From a virus (lineage: Duplodnaviria > Caudoviricetes), in the IMG/VR virus record IMGVR_UViG_3300028485_000001, positions 1 through 64,000 of that record: a DNA stretch of 64,000 bases, one strand, 5' to 3'. The notes beneath the pieces are model-generated. The model was not told the origin of the DNA and did not search any database. It saw only the letters and a list, made by a program, of their open reading frames with translations. This document shows positions 52,731 through 61,655 of this stretch, piece by piece; positions within the stretch are counted from its first letter, which is position 1; every line of letters starts with the position of its first letter. Position numbers and translations under genes: made by a program.

Positions 52731-53189
52731 TCAGGTGACCCGGAAGGGGCGCAGGTACAGCTCGCCGGTGAAGGCCAAGCCGATGAGGTTGGTGTTGTCG
52801 TCGCGGAACGGGGAGGGGTTGGACTGGTTGCGGACGCATCCGATGGTGGCCGGACCGCCCGGTGTGTACGTGGTCGGAGGCAGGGTGATGGTCTGCCCGG
52901 TCATGGCGGCGAAGTGGGCGCTGACGTGTCCGGCGAGGTCGATCGCTCCCGGTCTCCCGGTGGGCTCGTCCACGCGGATGATGCACTGGATGCGGGCGAT
53001 GTCGTGCACCCTGCGGTCAGCGGGCGGTGACGGGAGGCGCACGAACTGCACGATGGGCAGCAGCCCGGCGAACGAGTCGGGTTCGGGGAGTTCGGAGCAC
53101 ACCATGCCGACGGCGTCGCCGAGGCGCTGGCGGTGCCAGGTGATCGCGACGAGTTCAGCGTCCGGGTAGAGGATGACGGGCAGGGCCAC
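52731..53189 (-). CDS. Tail terminator
   Basis: YPDAE; position before the major tail gene. Confidence 0.7.
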   Translation of the reverse strand: MALPVILYPDAELVAITWHRQRLGDAVGMVCSELPEPDSFAGLLPIVQFVRLPSPPADRRVHDIARIQCIIRVDEPTGRPGAIDLAGHVSAHFAAMTGQTITLPPTTYTPGGPATIGCVRNQSNPSPFRDDNTNLIGLAFTGELYLRPFRVT

Positions 53190-53197
53190 GATGCCCC

Positions 53198-53473
53198 CTA
53201 CTGGCGCTTGGGTGGCCGCCAGGACGACGGCGGGGCCTTGCTGTCGAGGTAGGAGGCGACGCGTTCCTTCTCCTCCTCAGGGACGCGGGGCGCGTTCGAG
53301 TCCACGACCTCCACGACGCTGGCGAGGATGGTCACGTTGATCCCGGCCGGGTAGCCCGGCGCGGACATGGTCCGGATGCCGTCGTCCACGGCGATCGCCA
53401 GCGGCTTGCCGTCGAGGGTGACTCGCTGCTCTTCGCCGTAGCGTTCCACCCGGATGACGGGAAGGTCAGGCAT
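53198..53473 (-). CDS. Hypothetical protein
   Basis: Operonic in the head-tail region. Confidence 0.65.
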   Translation of the reverse strand: MPDLPVIRVERYGEEQRVTLDGKPLAIAVDDGIRTMSAPGYPAGINVTILASVVEVVDSNAPRVPEEEKERVASYLDSKAPPSSWRPPKRQ

Positions 53474-53732
53474 CGGCGTCCTTTTCCGTCTTCGCGGGCG
53501 TGGGCCGCTTCGGGAGTGGCTTCGGAGCCTCCTGCTTCGGGGCGGGCTTGGCCTTGGGCTTCGCGGCCTCAGCGATCTTCACGGCCTCAGCGGGATCGAC
53601 CTTGACGATCTTGCCCTTGCCGTCAGCGACGATCCCCGCCGCTTCCGTGCTGGACACGTACACGGTCTCTCCCTGGACGCGCTTGGTGCCGTCGGGGGCC
53701 TTGTGCGGGTAGCCGATTCGGACGTGCGGCAT
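53466..53732 (-). CDS. Hypothetical protein, Lys/Pro-rich tail
   Basis: GAGGAG RBS. Confidence 0.65.
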   Translation of the reverse strand: MPHVRIGYPHKAPDGTKRVQGETVYVSSTEAAGIVADGKGKIVKVDPAEAVKIAEAAKPKAKPAPKQEAPKPLPKRPTPAKTEKDADA

Positions 53733-53740
53733 GGTTCTCC

Positions 53741-54139
53741 TCAGGTGTGTGTGGTGCCGCGCGCCGCCAACTCCAGCGCCTCGGCGAGGTTGTTCGTGGG
53801 GGCCGTACCGGGGTGCATCACTGAATGCACAGGGTGAGCAGTCCCGGGCCACCAGAGCGCCTTCTTATTGCGGGGCGTACCGGGCTTAGGGATTTGGTGC
53901 GGACGCGTGCCATCTTCAATCCACCACGACTTGCGGTCGCGTGCGATGACCCGCCACCCGTGAGGCTGGAGGCGTTCTGTGTCGATCGAAGACACGTAGT
54001 CGCCGGTGTCGATGGGGCCACGGCCGCGCGCCATCGCCTGCACACGGCGGGCACGGTCACGGATGTCGTCGTCCACGGGACCCCACGAGCCCAAACGGTT
54101 GATGGTCGCCTGGTTGAGCTGGACGCGTCCCACGGTCAC
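53741..54139 (-). CDS. HK97 gp10-like head-tail protein
   Basis: P.DTG.Y..SI and IE.GT.PH.I...V.HPGT. Confidence 0.8.
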   Translation of the reverse strand: MTVGRVQLNQATINRLGSWGPVDDDIRDRARRVQAMARGRGPIDTGDYVSSIDTERLQPHGWRVIARDRKSWWIEDGTRPHQIPKPGTPRNKKALWWPGTAHPVHSVMHPGTAPTNNLAEALELAARGTTHT

Positions 54140-54540
54140 CCCTCGATCCAGTCAGCCTTGAGGATCTTGTGACCCAATCCGCCCTCATCTGGAAGGACGA
54201 ACGGATCGCCGTTGACCTGCCAAATCTGGTCAATGCCTTCACGAGCCGGGCGGATGGGAGGAACGATTTCCACGCCGTCAGTGGCCGTCACGTCCACATC
54301 GGGATCGTCTAGCAGCACTTGGACGGACTGTGAGCGCTGCTCTCTGCCGCCCCGCCTGTCCTCCTTAGTGGCTAGCGAAGCACCCAGCGTGGCGGAGTCC
54401 GGTTGTGCACAGGCGTCGAACGGGCCCGTGCGGACCGCGTTCTTCCAATCCTTGGTGCTGCGCGACCGGTTCCCGTGCGCGTCCTCCACGATCGGCGGAC
54501 GCAGCACCCACACCTGGTGCGTGATGATCGGCAGGGCCAC
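54136..54540 (-). CDS. Head-tail stopper/adaptor
   Basis: D..GN...W; D.......WQV.G.P. Confidence 0.7.
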   Translation of the reverse strand: MALPIITHQVWVLRPPIVEDAHGNRSRSTKDWKNAVRTGPFDACAQPDSATLGASLATKEDRRGGREQRSQSVQVLLDDPDVDVTATDGVEIVPPIRPAREGIDQIWQVNGDPFVLPDEGGLGHKILKADWIEG

Positions 54541-54541
54541 G

Positions 54542-54943
54542 TCACACCACCCGAGGATGCGCGGGGATCAGACCCTCCACACGGAGGATGGACACGGCCT
54601 GCGACGAGTACGTCTCCTCCACGACCGCGCCTGTGGTCGGCGAGGTTGCGTAGGTCTTGGACACCTTGTCGACCTTGACCGACGCGAGCTTCCCGCCGGG
54701 CTCAGCAGGCGTGTTCGACCCCTTGGGCTTGAACTGCGCCTGCGCGCAGACCGCGTCCCGCAGGGCGTCGATGACCTTCTGCTCAGTGGGCCTGCCGTTG
54801 CCGTCGACCGCGTACACGGCACCGATCAGCAGACCGTCGATGGAGAGAGAGGCGTCCCGCAGCGCCACAGTCGCACCCGCGGGCGGGTCGACCACGCCGA
54901 GCCAGTCGGCGAGCTCGGCCGGGGTTGCGTACACGGGAGCCAC
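54542..54943 (-). CDS. Head-tail connector
   Basis: YAT..EL..W; L..A...ID; AVC.QA. Confidence 0.75.
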   Translation of the reverse strand: MAPVYATPAELADWLGVVDPPAGATVALRDASLSIDGLLIGAVYAVDGNGRPTEQKVIDALRDAVCAQAQFKPKGSNTPAEPGGKLASVKVDKVSKTYATSPTTGAVVEETYSSQAVSILRVEGLIPAHPRVV

Positions 54944-54953
54944 GGGACACCTC

Positions 54954-55523
54954 CTACTCGTCGTCGGCCAGGGCGACCAGCTCGGCCTTGGTGAGATCAG
55001 CGGCTTCGGCTTCGGACAGGTCCGTGGTCTGAGCGATGTAGGTGACCCACGTGGCCTTGTCGTCGGCCTTGCCGGGGCGCTTCGGGGCAGGCTCGGAGGG
55101 CCCCTGGGAGACTTCGGTGTCGCCCTCTATGGCAGCCGGCTCTTGGCTAGCGTCACCCTGGCCGGAGGCTTCGGTCACCTTGGAGCCCTGCTCCTCTTCG
55201 ACCTCATGGGGGGCTTCCTCGGCGGCAGCCTCTCGGTTGACCTCGTGCTCCGTGGCCTTGTCCACCAGATCCTGGTGAGTCAGCCCCTCCGCGACCTCCG
55301 GATCAAGACCCAGAACCCGCGAGGCGTAACCCACCCACTCCGCACGGGACGCGCCGTCGGCGGGGCGCTCCGGGGCGGAATCCCCGTAAAGAGACCCGTC
55401 TTCGTTGACGCGGAGCACGTGCCCCTTGACCACCCTCTGCTGGATTCCCGAGGGGAGGGGCAGGTCCATCTGCCAGATGGCCCCGCCCTCCCCTCGGAAC
55501 CAGCCCGTTTCGTGGGCTTCCAT
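54954..55523 (-). CDS. Hypothetical acidic virion-region protein
   Basis: Two repeated K..WV.Y-type motifs. Confidence 0.7.
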   Translation of the reverse strand: MEAHETGWFRGEGGAIWQMDLPLPSGIQQRVVKGHVLRVNEDGSLYGDSAPERPADGASRAEWVGYASRVLGLDPEVAEGLTHQDLVDKATEHEVNREAAAEEAPHEVEEEQGSKVTEASGQGDASQEPAAIEGDTEVSQGPSEPAPKRPGKADDKATWVTYIAQTTDLSEAEAADLTKAELVALADDE

Positions 55524-55894
55524 CAGACCGCCTTCGGTACCCGCAGGGCGGTCACGGTGCCCGACGTCGCCGAGGACGTGAACCGCAGCGTGCCGTCGCC
55601 GTGGAGGAACCGACCCGACTCGACCGGGCCGATGTAACGCACGGTCTCAGCGGCGACCGACACAGCCAGGTCGCCCTGGCCAGCCGCGACCGCGGGCGGG
55701 TTCTCCCCGGCGAGCAGGGTGAACGTGAGCGCGACGGTCTCGTGGGTGTTCTCCACCCGCAGCACCAGCCCCTCAGGGTCAGCGCGGACGATGCGCATGT
55801 CGTTCGTCGGCGCGGCCACGAGCGTGGTGCCCGCGGGCTGCACCGTGGACCCGTTCGCGACGAGGTTGGTGTAGGACACATCAGTGGTTGCCAT
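55523..55894 (-). CDS. Putative capsid decoration protein
   Basis: Directly after the major capsid gene; beta-rich. Confidence 0.55.
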   Translation of the reverse strand: MATTDVSYTNLVANGSTVQPAGTTLVAAPTNDMRIVRADPEGLVLRVENTHETVALTFTLLAGENPPAVAAGQGDLAVSVAAETVRYIGPVESGRFLHGDGTLRFTSSATSGTVTALRVPKAV

Positions 55895-55907
55895 GGTGGG
55901 ACTCCTC

Positions 55908-56744
55908 TCAGGCGGACGGGTCGAACACGACGGTGGCCAGGGCTTCGGGGCGGATGAGCTTCGCCCCGTACACGTGCAGGCCACGGACCGCGTCCGCGAA
56001 CCGGGTCTGGCTGCGGAAAGCCTCGGTGTTGACGATCTGCTCAGCGAAAGTGATCGCCATCGGGTGACCAGCGGTGATGACCCGGTGGTCCGCCGTGGGG
56101 TTCGGGGCGTTGTTGGTCTTGTGGATGCTGAAACCCGCAGCGCGACCCACGAGGCCGTTGCGCAGGGTCTCGTTCGACCCGGAGTCACCGAGGCTGGTGA
56201 AACGCGCGTCCTTCTGCAGCAGGCCGTGGAAGCCGGGGGTGGCCGTCACCCACCGCATCTCCTCGGGCACGTCGGCCTCGTCGAGCTTCACACCCAGGTC
56301 CACGAGGGTGTCGTAGGCCTCCCCGGGGGCGTCGATGACGCGGGTTCCCAGGGCGTTCGCGCTGTTCACGCCCGTGTACAGGCCCGCGATGAAGCGGTCG
56401 GAGACATCACGCAGACCGTAAGCGGCCTCCGCCATCGCCTCCGGGGTGACCACACCCCTGGCCTGCGCCTTGTCGACGTCGTCGAGGGTGAACGCCCAGT
56501 ACTTCTCCTGGTCGATGGGCAGCGTCCGCTGCGCGTCGCTCAGCTCCTCGTAGGTGATGTCGGTGTTGCGCTCGTAGTCGCGGACAGTCGGGCGGGAGAT
56601 CGACGTGATCCGCACGGTGTCACCCGCAGCCTGGATCTCCCCCTCGTAGTTGCGGTTGCACAGAGATCCGTAGACGTGCGCGGTCTTCAGCGACTGCATG
56701 AGCAGCGCCGACCAGATCTCCGGGATGAACCGGGTCACGGCCAT
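55908..56744 (-). CDS. Major capsid protein (P22 coat-like)
   Basis: FIPEIWS...NR.YEG.I...GDTV.I; F.DAV.GLHVYG.K. Confidence 0.9.
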   Translation of the reverse strand: MAVTRFIPEIWSALLMQSLKTAHVYGSLCNRNYEGEIQAAGDTVRITSISRPTVRDYERNTDITYEELSDAQRTLPIDQEKYWAFTLDDVDKAQARGVVTPEAMAEAAYGLRDVSDRFIAGLYTGVNSANALGTRVIDAPGEAYDTLVDLGVKLDEADVPEEMRWVTATPGFHGLLQKDARFTSLGDSGSNETLRNGLVGRAAGFSIHKTNNAPNPTADHRVITAGHPMAITFAEQIVNTEAFRSQTRFADAVRGLHVYGAKLIRPEALATVVFDPSA

Positions 56745-56771
56745 GATGGTGGGTCCTCACTGTTGGGAGCC

Positions 56772-57611
56772 CTAGAGGAGGTGGTTCAGGCGCCCGTCAG
56801 CGTGCGCCTTCGCGATCTCGTCCGGGGACATGGATTCGAGCTGCTCACGTGTGATCGGCTTGGAGCCGCCGGGGGAGTTGAACTCGCCGCCGGAACGCTT
56901 GGGAGCAGGGGGCTTGGGCGGATCCGCTGGCGCGGGCGCCTTCGCCTTGAAGCGGTCGTTGGCTTCCACCTGGTCGGTGATGGCCTTGCTCAGCCGGTCG
57001 TTGAAGTCCGCGGCGGTGGGGTCCAGCCCCTCTGCGGCGCGCATGAACGAACGGGAGTCGAGCAGTAGGTCGGCGCGCGCTTCGTGTGCGCCTGCCGCGT
57101 GGTACACCGCGAGTTCGACCTGGCCGCGCCGCGCTTCCGCCTGGGAGGCTGCGAGCTTCCGGGTGAGTTCGTCGGGGTCGGGAGGGGTGTCTTCCTGCTT
57201 GAGGCCCAGCGCCTTGGCGATGGCGTCCATCTGTGCCTGCTGGCGCTTCTCGGAGGCGTCGAGCTTGTCCTCCAGCTCCTTCGCGGTGGTCCGCCTCTCG
57301 GCGGCCTCCTCGCGGAGCTTCTTGACGTAGTCCTCACCGAAGGTCTTGGGCTCCGGGCCCTTGCCCTTCGACTCGGCGTCGCCCTTGGACTCCTGGGGCA
57401 GGTGGTCGCCACTGGGAGCCGCCGGGGGCTGAGCGCTGCCGCCGTCTCCGCCCTGTGGAGTGCCGCCGGGGGCCGGGTCGCCGTCGGGGGCGCTCGGCTT
57501 GGGGTCGGGGTTCGGGTCGCCTTCGCCGGATCCACCCGCGATCAGGTGGATCGGTCGGCCGTCCTTGCGGTAGCCGATGAGGGACCCGGGGGTAGAGGTC
57601 GAATGCATCAT
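56772..57611 (-). CDS. Capsid scaffolding protein
   Basis: YV..LR.E.A..R coiled coil; between portal and capsid; N-terminal GYRKDGRPIHLIAGG. Confidence 0.85.
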   Translation of the reverse strand: MMHSTSTPGSLIGYRKDGRPIHLIAGGSGEGDPNPDPKPSAPDGDPAPGGTPQGGDGGSAQPPAAPSGDHLPQESKGDAESKGKGPEPKTFGEDYVKKLREEAAERRTTAKELEDKLDASEKRQQAQMDAIAKALGLKQEDTPPDPDELTRKLAASQAEARRGQVELAVYHAAGAHEARADLLLDSRSFMRAAEGLDPTAADFNDRLSKAITDQVEANDRFKAKAPAPADPPKPPAPKRSGGEFNSPGGSKPITREQLESMSPDEIAKAHADGRLNHLL

Positions 57612-59257
57612 GAGGAGCCCTCCCGGGGCTTCTTGGTGGAATCCGGCTCCTGGCCGGACGTGGATCCACCCGCCACCACACGGGGGCGGGAAGTCTGATC
57701 GCCGTGTTCCTCGGCATTGGCGGCGTCACCGGACACCATGAGCTGCGCCCACGCGTCGCCTTGCCGGGCCAGCTCCTGGTCCTCGGCGGACAGGCGCACC
57801 AGCTCGGCCTTGACGTCGGTCTCGGACGCGTTCGGGCCCAAGAACATCTGCACCAACGTCTCCCGCGACGCCATACGCGCATCAGCCATGAGCTTCACGG
57901 TCTCCGCGATCTGCCGCGTGTCGCGGGTCGCCGCATCCGGGAACATCACCTGCGGACGCTGCGGAACGAGCCCCTGCGCGTCGAAGATCTCCACGTCCAG
58001 GTGCAGGAGCGCCTCGGAGAGCTGGGCGATGCCGGGCCGCCAGTACAGGACCTTGTCGCCGCGAGTCGCCAGGGAGCGTTCCTTGCGCGAGTTGATCTCC
58101 GTCGCGGTCGCGGGTCCGCCGTCGGCGTCCATGGCCAACGATTCGAGGCTGTACCCGGCGCTGCGGACGATCTGCTTCGTCAGCGCCTGCGCCGTCGCCT
58201 CATGCTCGGCGTACCGGATCGCGAACTGCACCTGCTCGATCCGACCCGAGGTGCCGTCATCCACGGGGATGTTCAGCGGCGAGAACAACTCCTGCTCGGA
58301 GTTGAATGCCGCGCCCTGGCCGCGGCCCTGCGAGCGCAGATACGACTGCGGAACCACCAGGCGGGCCTTGCCCAAGCGGATGTCGCGCATCCACGACGAC
58401 CACGTCTCATCAAGGGCATCCAGCTCCCCCTCACACCCGGCGATGTCCGCCCGGCCAAGATTCGCGGCCTGCGGCAGATGCCTCCACACCCGGTTCGGGC
58501 GCATGTTCGGGATGTACGCCGCCGTCAACGGCACCGCGCCGGACAAGGCGACGTGGTCGCCGTCCGTCAGCAGATCAGCGAGCGCTCGGGTGTCGTCCAC
58601 CTCCGTCAGCGGGACCGTCATACCGAGGTCGTCACGGGTCCCACGGTGCAGACTGTGGCGGATGAAACCCCGCTCGTGGCGCTCCAGATGGCGGAACACC
58701 GTCCCCTGGTCCTCCACGACCACCCGGTGGAACGTCACCGCACGCAGACGGTCATACGACCACTCCGGGATCGCGGCATCGGCGTGCACAGCGGCGATCC
58801 ACGGCCGGTCAGCCACATCCTCATCCCACACCGTGCGCAGGAACACCCCACCGAGGGCGCCACCGAGCTCCGCACCCTCGCGCAGGCCGGCGAGCATCGA
58901 GTCGTCCATGTACTCGGCCAGGCGCTCATCCGTGGCCTTGTGGCCGGTGGTGATCCGCGGCGGCGACGAGAACAGCAAGGACGCGCCGACGCCGGCGATG
59001 TCAGAGGCGAGGGGGATGTGCAGGCGTGCGGGCCGCTGCTCAGCGGGAGTGTCCGTGCCCCAGAACCACCGGTAGATCGAGTGCGCGATCCTGCCGCGGC
59101 CGGGGTTGTGGTTGTCGGAGAACCCGGGGGAGCGCCCGTGCGCGCCCCCGTACACGGCGGCGAGGTCGTCGGGGTCACCGGAGTACCAGGCAGACCAGAT
59201 GGCCTGCCGGTCGAGGATGGGACGCAGGTTCTCCGGGGGCCACTGGGTGACGGACAC
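57608..59257 (-). CDS. Portal protein
   Basis: WPP N-terminus; WYSGD...L; LH.P.A.DI; position after terL. Confidence 0.9.
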   Translation of the reverse strand: MSVTQWPPENLRPILDRQAIWSAWYSGDPDDLAAVYGGAHGRSPGFSDNHNPGRGRIAHSIYRWFWGTDTPAEQRPARLHIPLASDIAGVGASLLFSSPPRITTGHKATDERLAEYMDDSMLAGLREGAELGGALGGVFLRTVWDEDVADRPWIAAVHADAAIPEWSYDRLRAVTFHRVVVEDQGTVFRHLERHERGFIRHSLHRGTRDDLGMTVPLTEVDDTRALADLLTDGDHVALSGAVPLTAAYIPNMRPNRVWRHLPQAANLGRADIAGCEGELDALDETWSSWMRDIRLGKARLVVPQSYLRSQGRGQGAAFNSEQELFSPLNIPVDDGTSGRIEQVQFAIRYAEHEATAQALTKQIVRSAGYSLESLAMDADGGPATATEINSRKERSLATRGDKVLYWRPGIAQLSEALLHLDVEIFDAQGLVPQRPQVMFPDAATRDTRQIAETVKLMADARMASRETLVQMFLGPNASETDVKAELVRLSAEDQELARQGDAWAQLMVSGDAANAEEHGDQTSRPRVVAGGSTSGQEPDSTKKPREGSS

Positions 59258-59339
59258 GAAACCCCCTCAGTTCACGGTGTGTAGTTGTATGAGCAGGGAC
59301 GACAGAACACCGCAGTCGGTGATGGTCACGGAACGCAAA

Positions 59340-59365
59340 CAAGGCGGGGTGGTGGCCCCGCCTTG
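59340..59365 (-). terminator. Hairpin between terL and portal
   Basis: CAAGGCGGGG-N6-CCCCGCCTTG; TTTGCGTT follows on the minus strand. Confidence 0.7.
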
Positions 59366-59375
59366 CTCGAATGCT

Positions 59376-61634
59376 TCAGATGGTCAGGTCATGGACGGGA
59401 TCACGCAGGTCCCACCGCCACTCGTGATACGTCGTCTTGATCCCGTAACGGAGGGAATCGCAGTTGTGGACGAGCACTCCGCTCGCGAAATACTCCGGGC
59501 AGTCAGCGACCGTGATGTTCCAAACGGGATGACGCCCTGGCACTTCGGTCACGGCGAGCACACGAACGCCCGCAATACCGAGTTCGGCTGTACTTGTTGG
59601 CATGGAACGTGTCCCCGCAGAAACCGCACTCCCGAGGGACGTCATCGACACCAGAGGCTCGGCGCCACGCTGATTTGCAGGCGTTCGAGCAGAACCGATC
59701 CTCCGGGCCTCGGGATCGGGTGCTGTAGTTCGTTGAACACTGGTCGCAGGTCTTGGTGATGGCCTCGCGGCCTTCCCAAGTCCGCTTCCCGTGTTCGGAG
59801 TGCCATGCCCGTCCGGCGTCAGAACGGTGCCACGCGGAGGCCAGTGGTCGAACGCTGTCCAAGTGGGCGAGCCGCCACGGGGTTCGGTAGTCGGTGAGCC
59901 TGGCGTGGTGTGCCAGGTGTTCGTCTGCGGTGATGCACACGAGGTTGCCCGGGGCGTTGTTGTTGTGGTCTCCGTCGGAGTGGTGGATGTGATGGCCCTC
60001 AGGAATGGATTTCCCGTGAGTGTGCATCCAGATCTCTTCGTGGAGACGCTTGACGCCTCGCTGGCGGTCTCCGATTCCGGGCGTGTAGTAACGCTGCTCG
60101 GAAAGGCCCTTGGCGTCTGGGTATCGGCGGAACTTGACTCCGTTGAAAACGATGACTTCGACACGCTTTCCCATGCCACCATTTTATCCGCGTACCGGAG
60201 TGAATCCAGACGAATCCACCCTTCCCCGTCAACCCAGACAGGATGATTCCCGGTCCCGATGAACTCCCGCCCATTCGACAGCTCAACCCGTAAAACCTTC
60301 GCTGAGGCGCTAGAAAGCCCGGAATCGTCCACGGCCTTCCAGCCATCCCGAGTCAGCACCCGGTCGCCAGGGCGAACGTCCTCGATGGGACGCTCTCCGC
60401 CTTCAGTCAAGACCGGAGTCCCAGCGACGAAGCAGGCATGGTCAGCTTCCTTGACCGGGGCGTCCTCGCCCTTCGCCGTGGCCTTCTCGTCCCACGAGTA
60501 CGACGGCATCTCATCGATCAGGTGCGTGCACGAGGCGTGGATCTTCAACTGGCCACCAGCGAGCAACGACGACACCAGCCGGATCCCATCCGCGACGCTG
60601 TTGTCCCCCTTGCGAGGATCCAGGCCGTCATCGTGGAGCTGCGTCCACATCGACGCCGCGGACGGGTCGATGACCGTCCACTCGGGATGCACACCCACGC
60701 CCCCCGTGCCCGGGACAGGCACGTTGCCGAGCCACTCCCGCAGGTACTCCGAGTACAGGACGTCGGTCAACTGGCGCTTCTTCGCCCGCGCGTCCCAACG
60801 CCACTCCGACGTGGCGTAAAGGATCCCGTCCGAGCCGAGGCCGAGCAGGGTCGCGTGGAAAGGATTCACGGTGCCGTAGTCAATTCCCAAGGCCACCCAA
60901 CGGCGGATCACCGGCAGGTCCGACACGATGTGCCAGTCCGGATCCCACACGTCGAACACGCTGCCTTCGCCAGCGATCCATTCCCCGGAAATAAAACGGC
61001 GATGCCAAAGACCCACATACTGGGCTTTCAGCCGCTCAGCGAACCCCTCCGGCAACCCCGGATTGTCGTCCAGGGTGAAATGCCAGTGCCGCATCCCGAT
61101 TTCGTCGGCGCGCAGTAGGTAGTCGCGGCGCAGCCAGTGTGCCGGAGCATCCGGGTTTGTCGTGGCCAGGAGCTTCGCGCCCTCGACGCGCAGCCGGGAC
61201 AGCATCATCGCCCAGAACCCCTGCGGGAGCAGAGTCGCCTCGTCGGCGTAGGCCAGGCAGATCGTCGACCCGCGAATCCGACCCTCGGAGCGGGCGTCGT
61301 TCGCACCCACCAGGTGCACCGTCCGCCCCAAGATCGACGCCGTCGTGCTGCCCTTGGTGTGGTGGATGTGCTTGGTCAGGTCACCGAACAGCCGCTCATC
61401 CTGCAACACGTCGATCAAGTTCCGCTCGATCGTCTGCAACGTGCGGCCGCACATGACGATCAGGCCAGTACGAGGAGCGCGCGCCACCAGGATGAGAAAC
61501 GCCAACAGCGACGCGACGGTCTTGCCCGACGCGACCGCACCTGACCACAACGCGATCTGAGGAGTCTCCAGAGCACCAGCGATCGACCGAACTTGGATCG
61601 GCGACATAACCGGAGAGAGCCGAGACAGATCCAC
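59376..61634 (-). CDS. terL: Terminase large subunit (PBSX-like) with intein
   Basis: GAVASGKT, YADE, TTNP, GIDYG..NP; spliced junction restores DHA-CDSLRY. Confidence 0.95.
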   Translation of the reverse strand: MDLSRLSPVMSPIQVRSIAGALETPQIALWSGAVASGKTVASLLAFLILVARAPRTGLIVMCGRTLQTIERNLIDVLQDERLFGDLTKHIHHTKGSTTASILGRTVHLVGANDARSEGRIRGSTICLAYADEATLLPQGFWAMMLSRLRVEGAKLLATTNPDAPAHWLRRDYLLRADEIGMRHWHFTLDDNPGLPEGFAERLKAQYVGLWHRRFISGEWIAGEGSVFDVWDPDWHIVSDLPVIRRWVALGIDYGTVNPFHATLLGLGSDGILYATSEWRWDARAKKRQLTDVLYSEYLREWLGNVPVPGTGGVGVHPEWTVIDPSAASMWTQLHDDGLDPRKGDNSVADGIRLVSSLLAGGQLKIHASCTHLIDEMPSYSWDEKATAKGEDAPVKEADHACFVAGTPVLTEGGERPIEDVRPGDRVLTRDGWKAVDDSGLSSASAKVLRVELSNGREFIGTGNHPVWVDGEGWIRLDSLRYADKMVAWESVSKSSFSTESSSADTQTPRAFPSSVTTRPESETASEASSVSTKRSGCTLTGNPFLRAITSTTPTETTTTTPRATSCASPQTNTWHTTPGSPTTEPRGGSPTWTAFDHWPPRGTVLTPDGHGTPNTGSGLGKAARPSPRPATSVQRTTAPDPEARRIGSARTPANQRGAEPLVSMTSLGSAVSAGTRSMPTSTAELGIAGVRVLAVTEVPGRHPVWNITVADCPEYFASGVLVHNCDSLRYGIKTTYHEWRWDLRDPVHDLTI
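59503..60174 (-). CDS. HNH endonuclease with zinc fingers, out of frame inside the intein
   Basis: LHEEIW...IPEGHHIHHSDGDHNNNAPGNL; CDQC..FCSNAC; CGFC..YCGRSC. Confidence 0.85.
   Translation of the reverse strand: MGKRVEVIVFNGVKFRRYPDAKGLSEQRYYTPGIGDRQRGVKRLHEEIWMHTHGKSIPEGHHIHHSDGDHNNNAPGNLVCITADEHLAHHARLTDYRTPWRLAHLDSVRPLASAWHRSDAGRAWHSEHGKRTWEGREAITKTCDQCSTNYSTRSRGPEDRFCSNACKSAWRRASGVDDVPRECGFCGDTFHANKYSRTRYCGRSCARRDRSARASSRLEHHGR
60172..60186 (-). promoter_or_regulatory. Leaderless-type -10 for the nested HNH
   Basis: TAAAAT-GGTGGC-ATG on the minus strand. Confidence 0.6.
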
Positions 61635-61655
61635 CCGCCCACCCCCTCCCCGCGG

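Larger units (their letters stand above)
59463..60434 (-). mobile_element. Intein (324 aa) in the terminase nuclease motif
   Basis: C1 FVAGTPV, TGNHP, VWNITVA, VLVHN / +1 Cys. Confidence 0.95.

Noticed and set aside
57704-59284. Long plus-strand ORFs (526 and 452 aa)
   Set aside because: Shadows of the portal gene
59503-60174. HNH frame offset explained by sequencing frameshifts
   Set aside because: It would need two compensating errors. The HNH has its own ATG, promoter-like site and stop, and its Cys motif overlaps intein residues that are needed in the other frame. Reads should still be checked.
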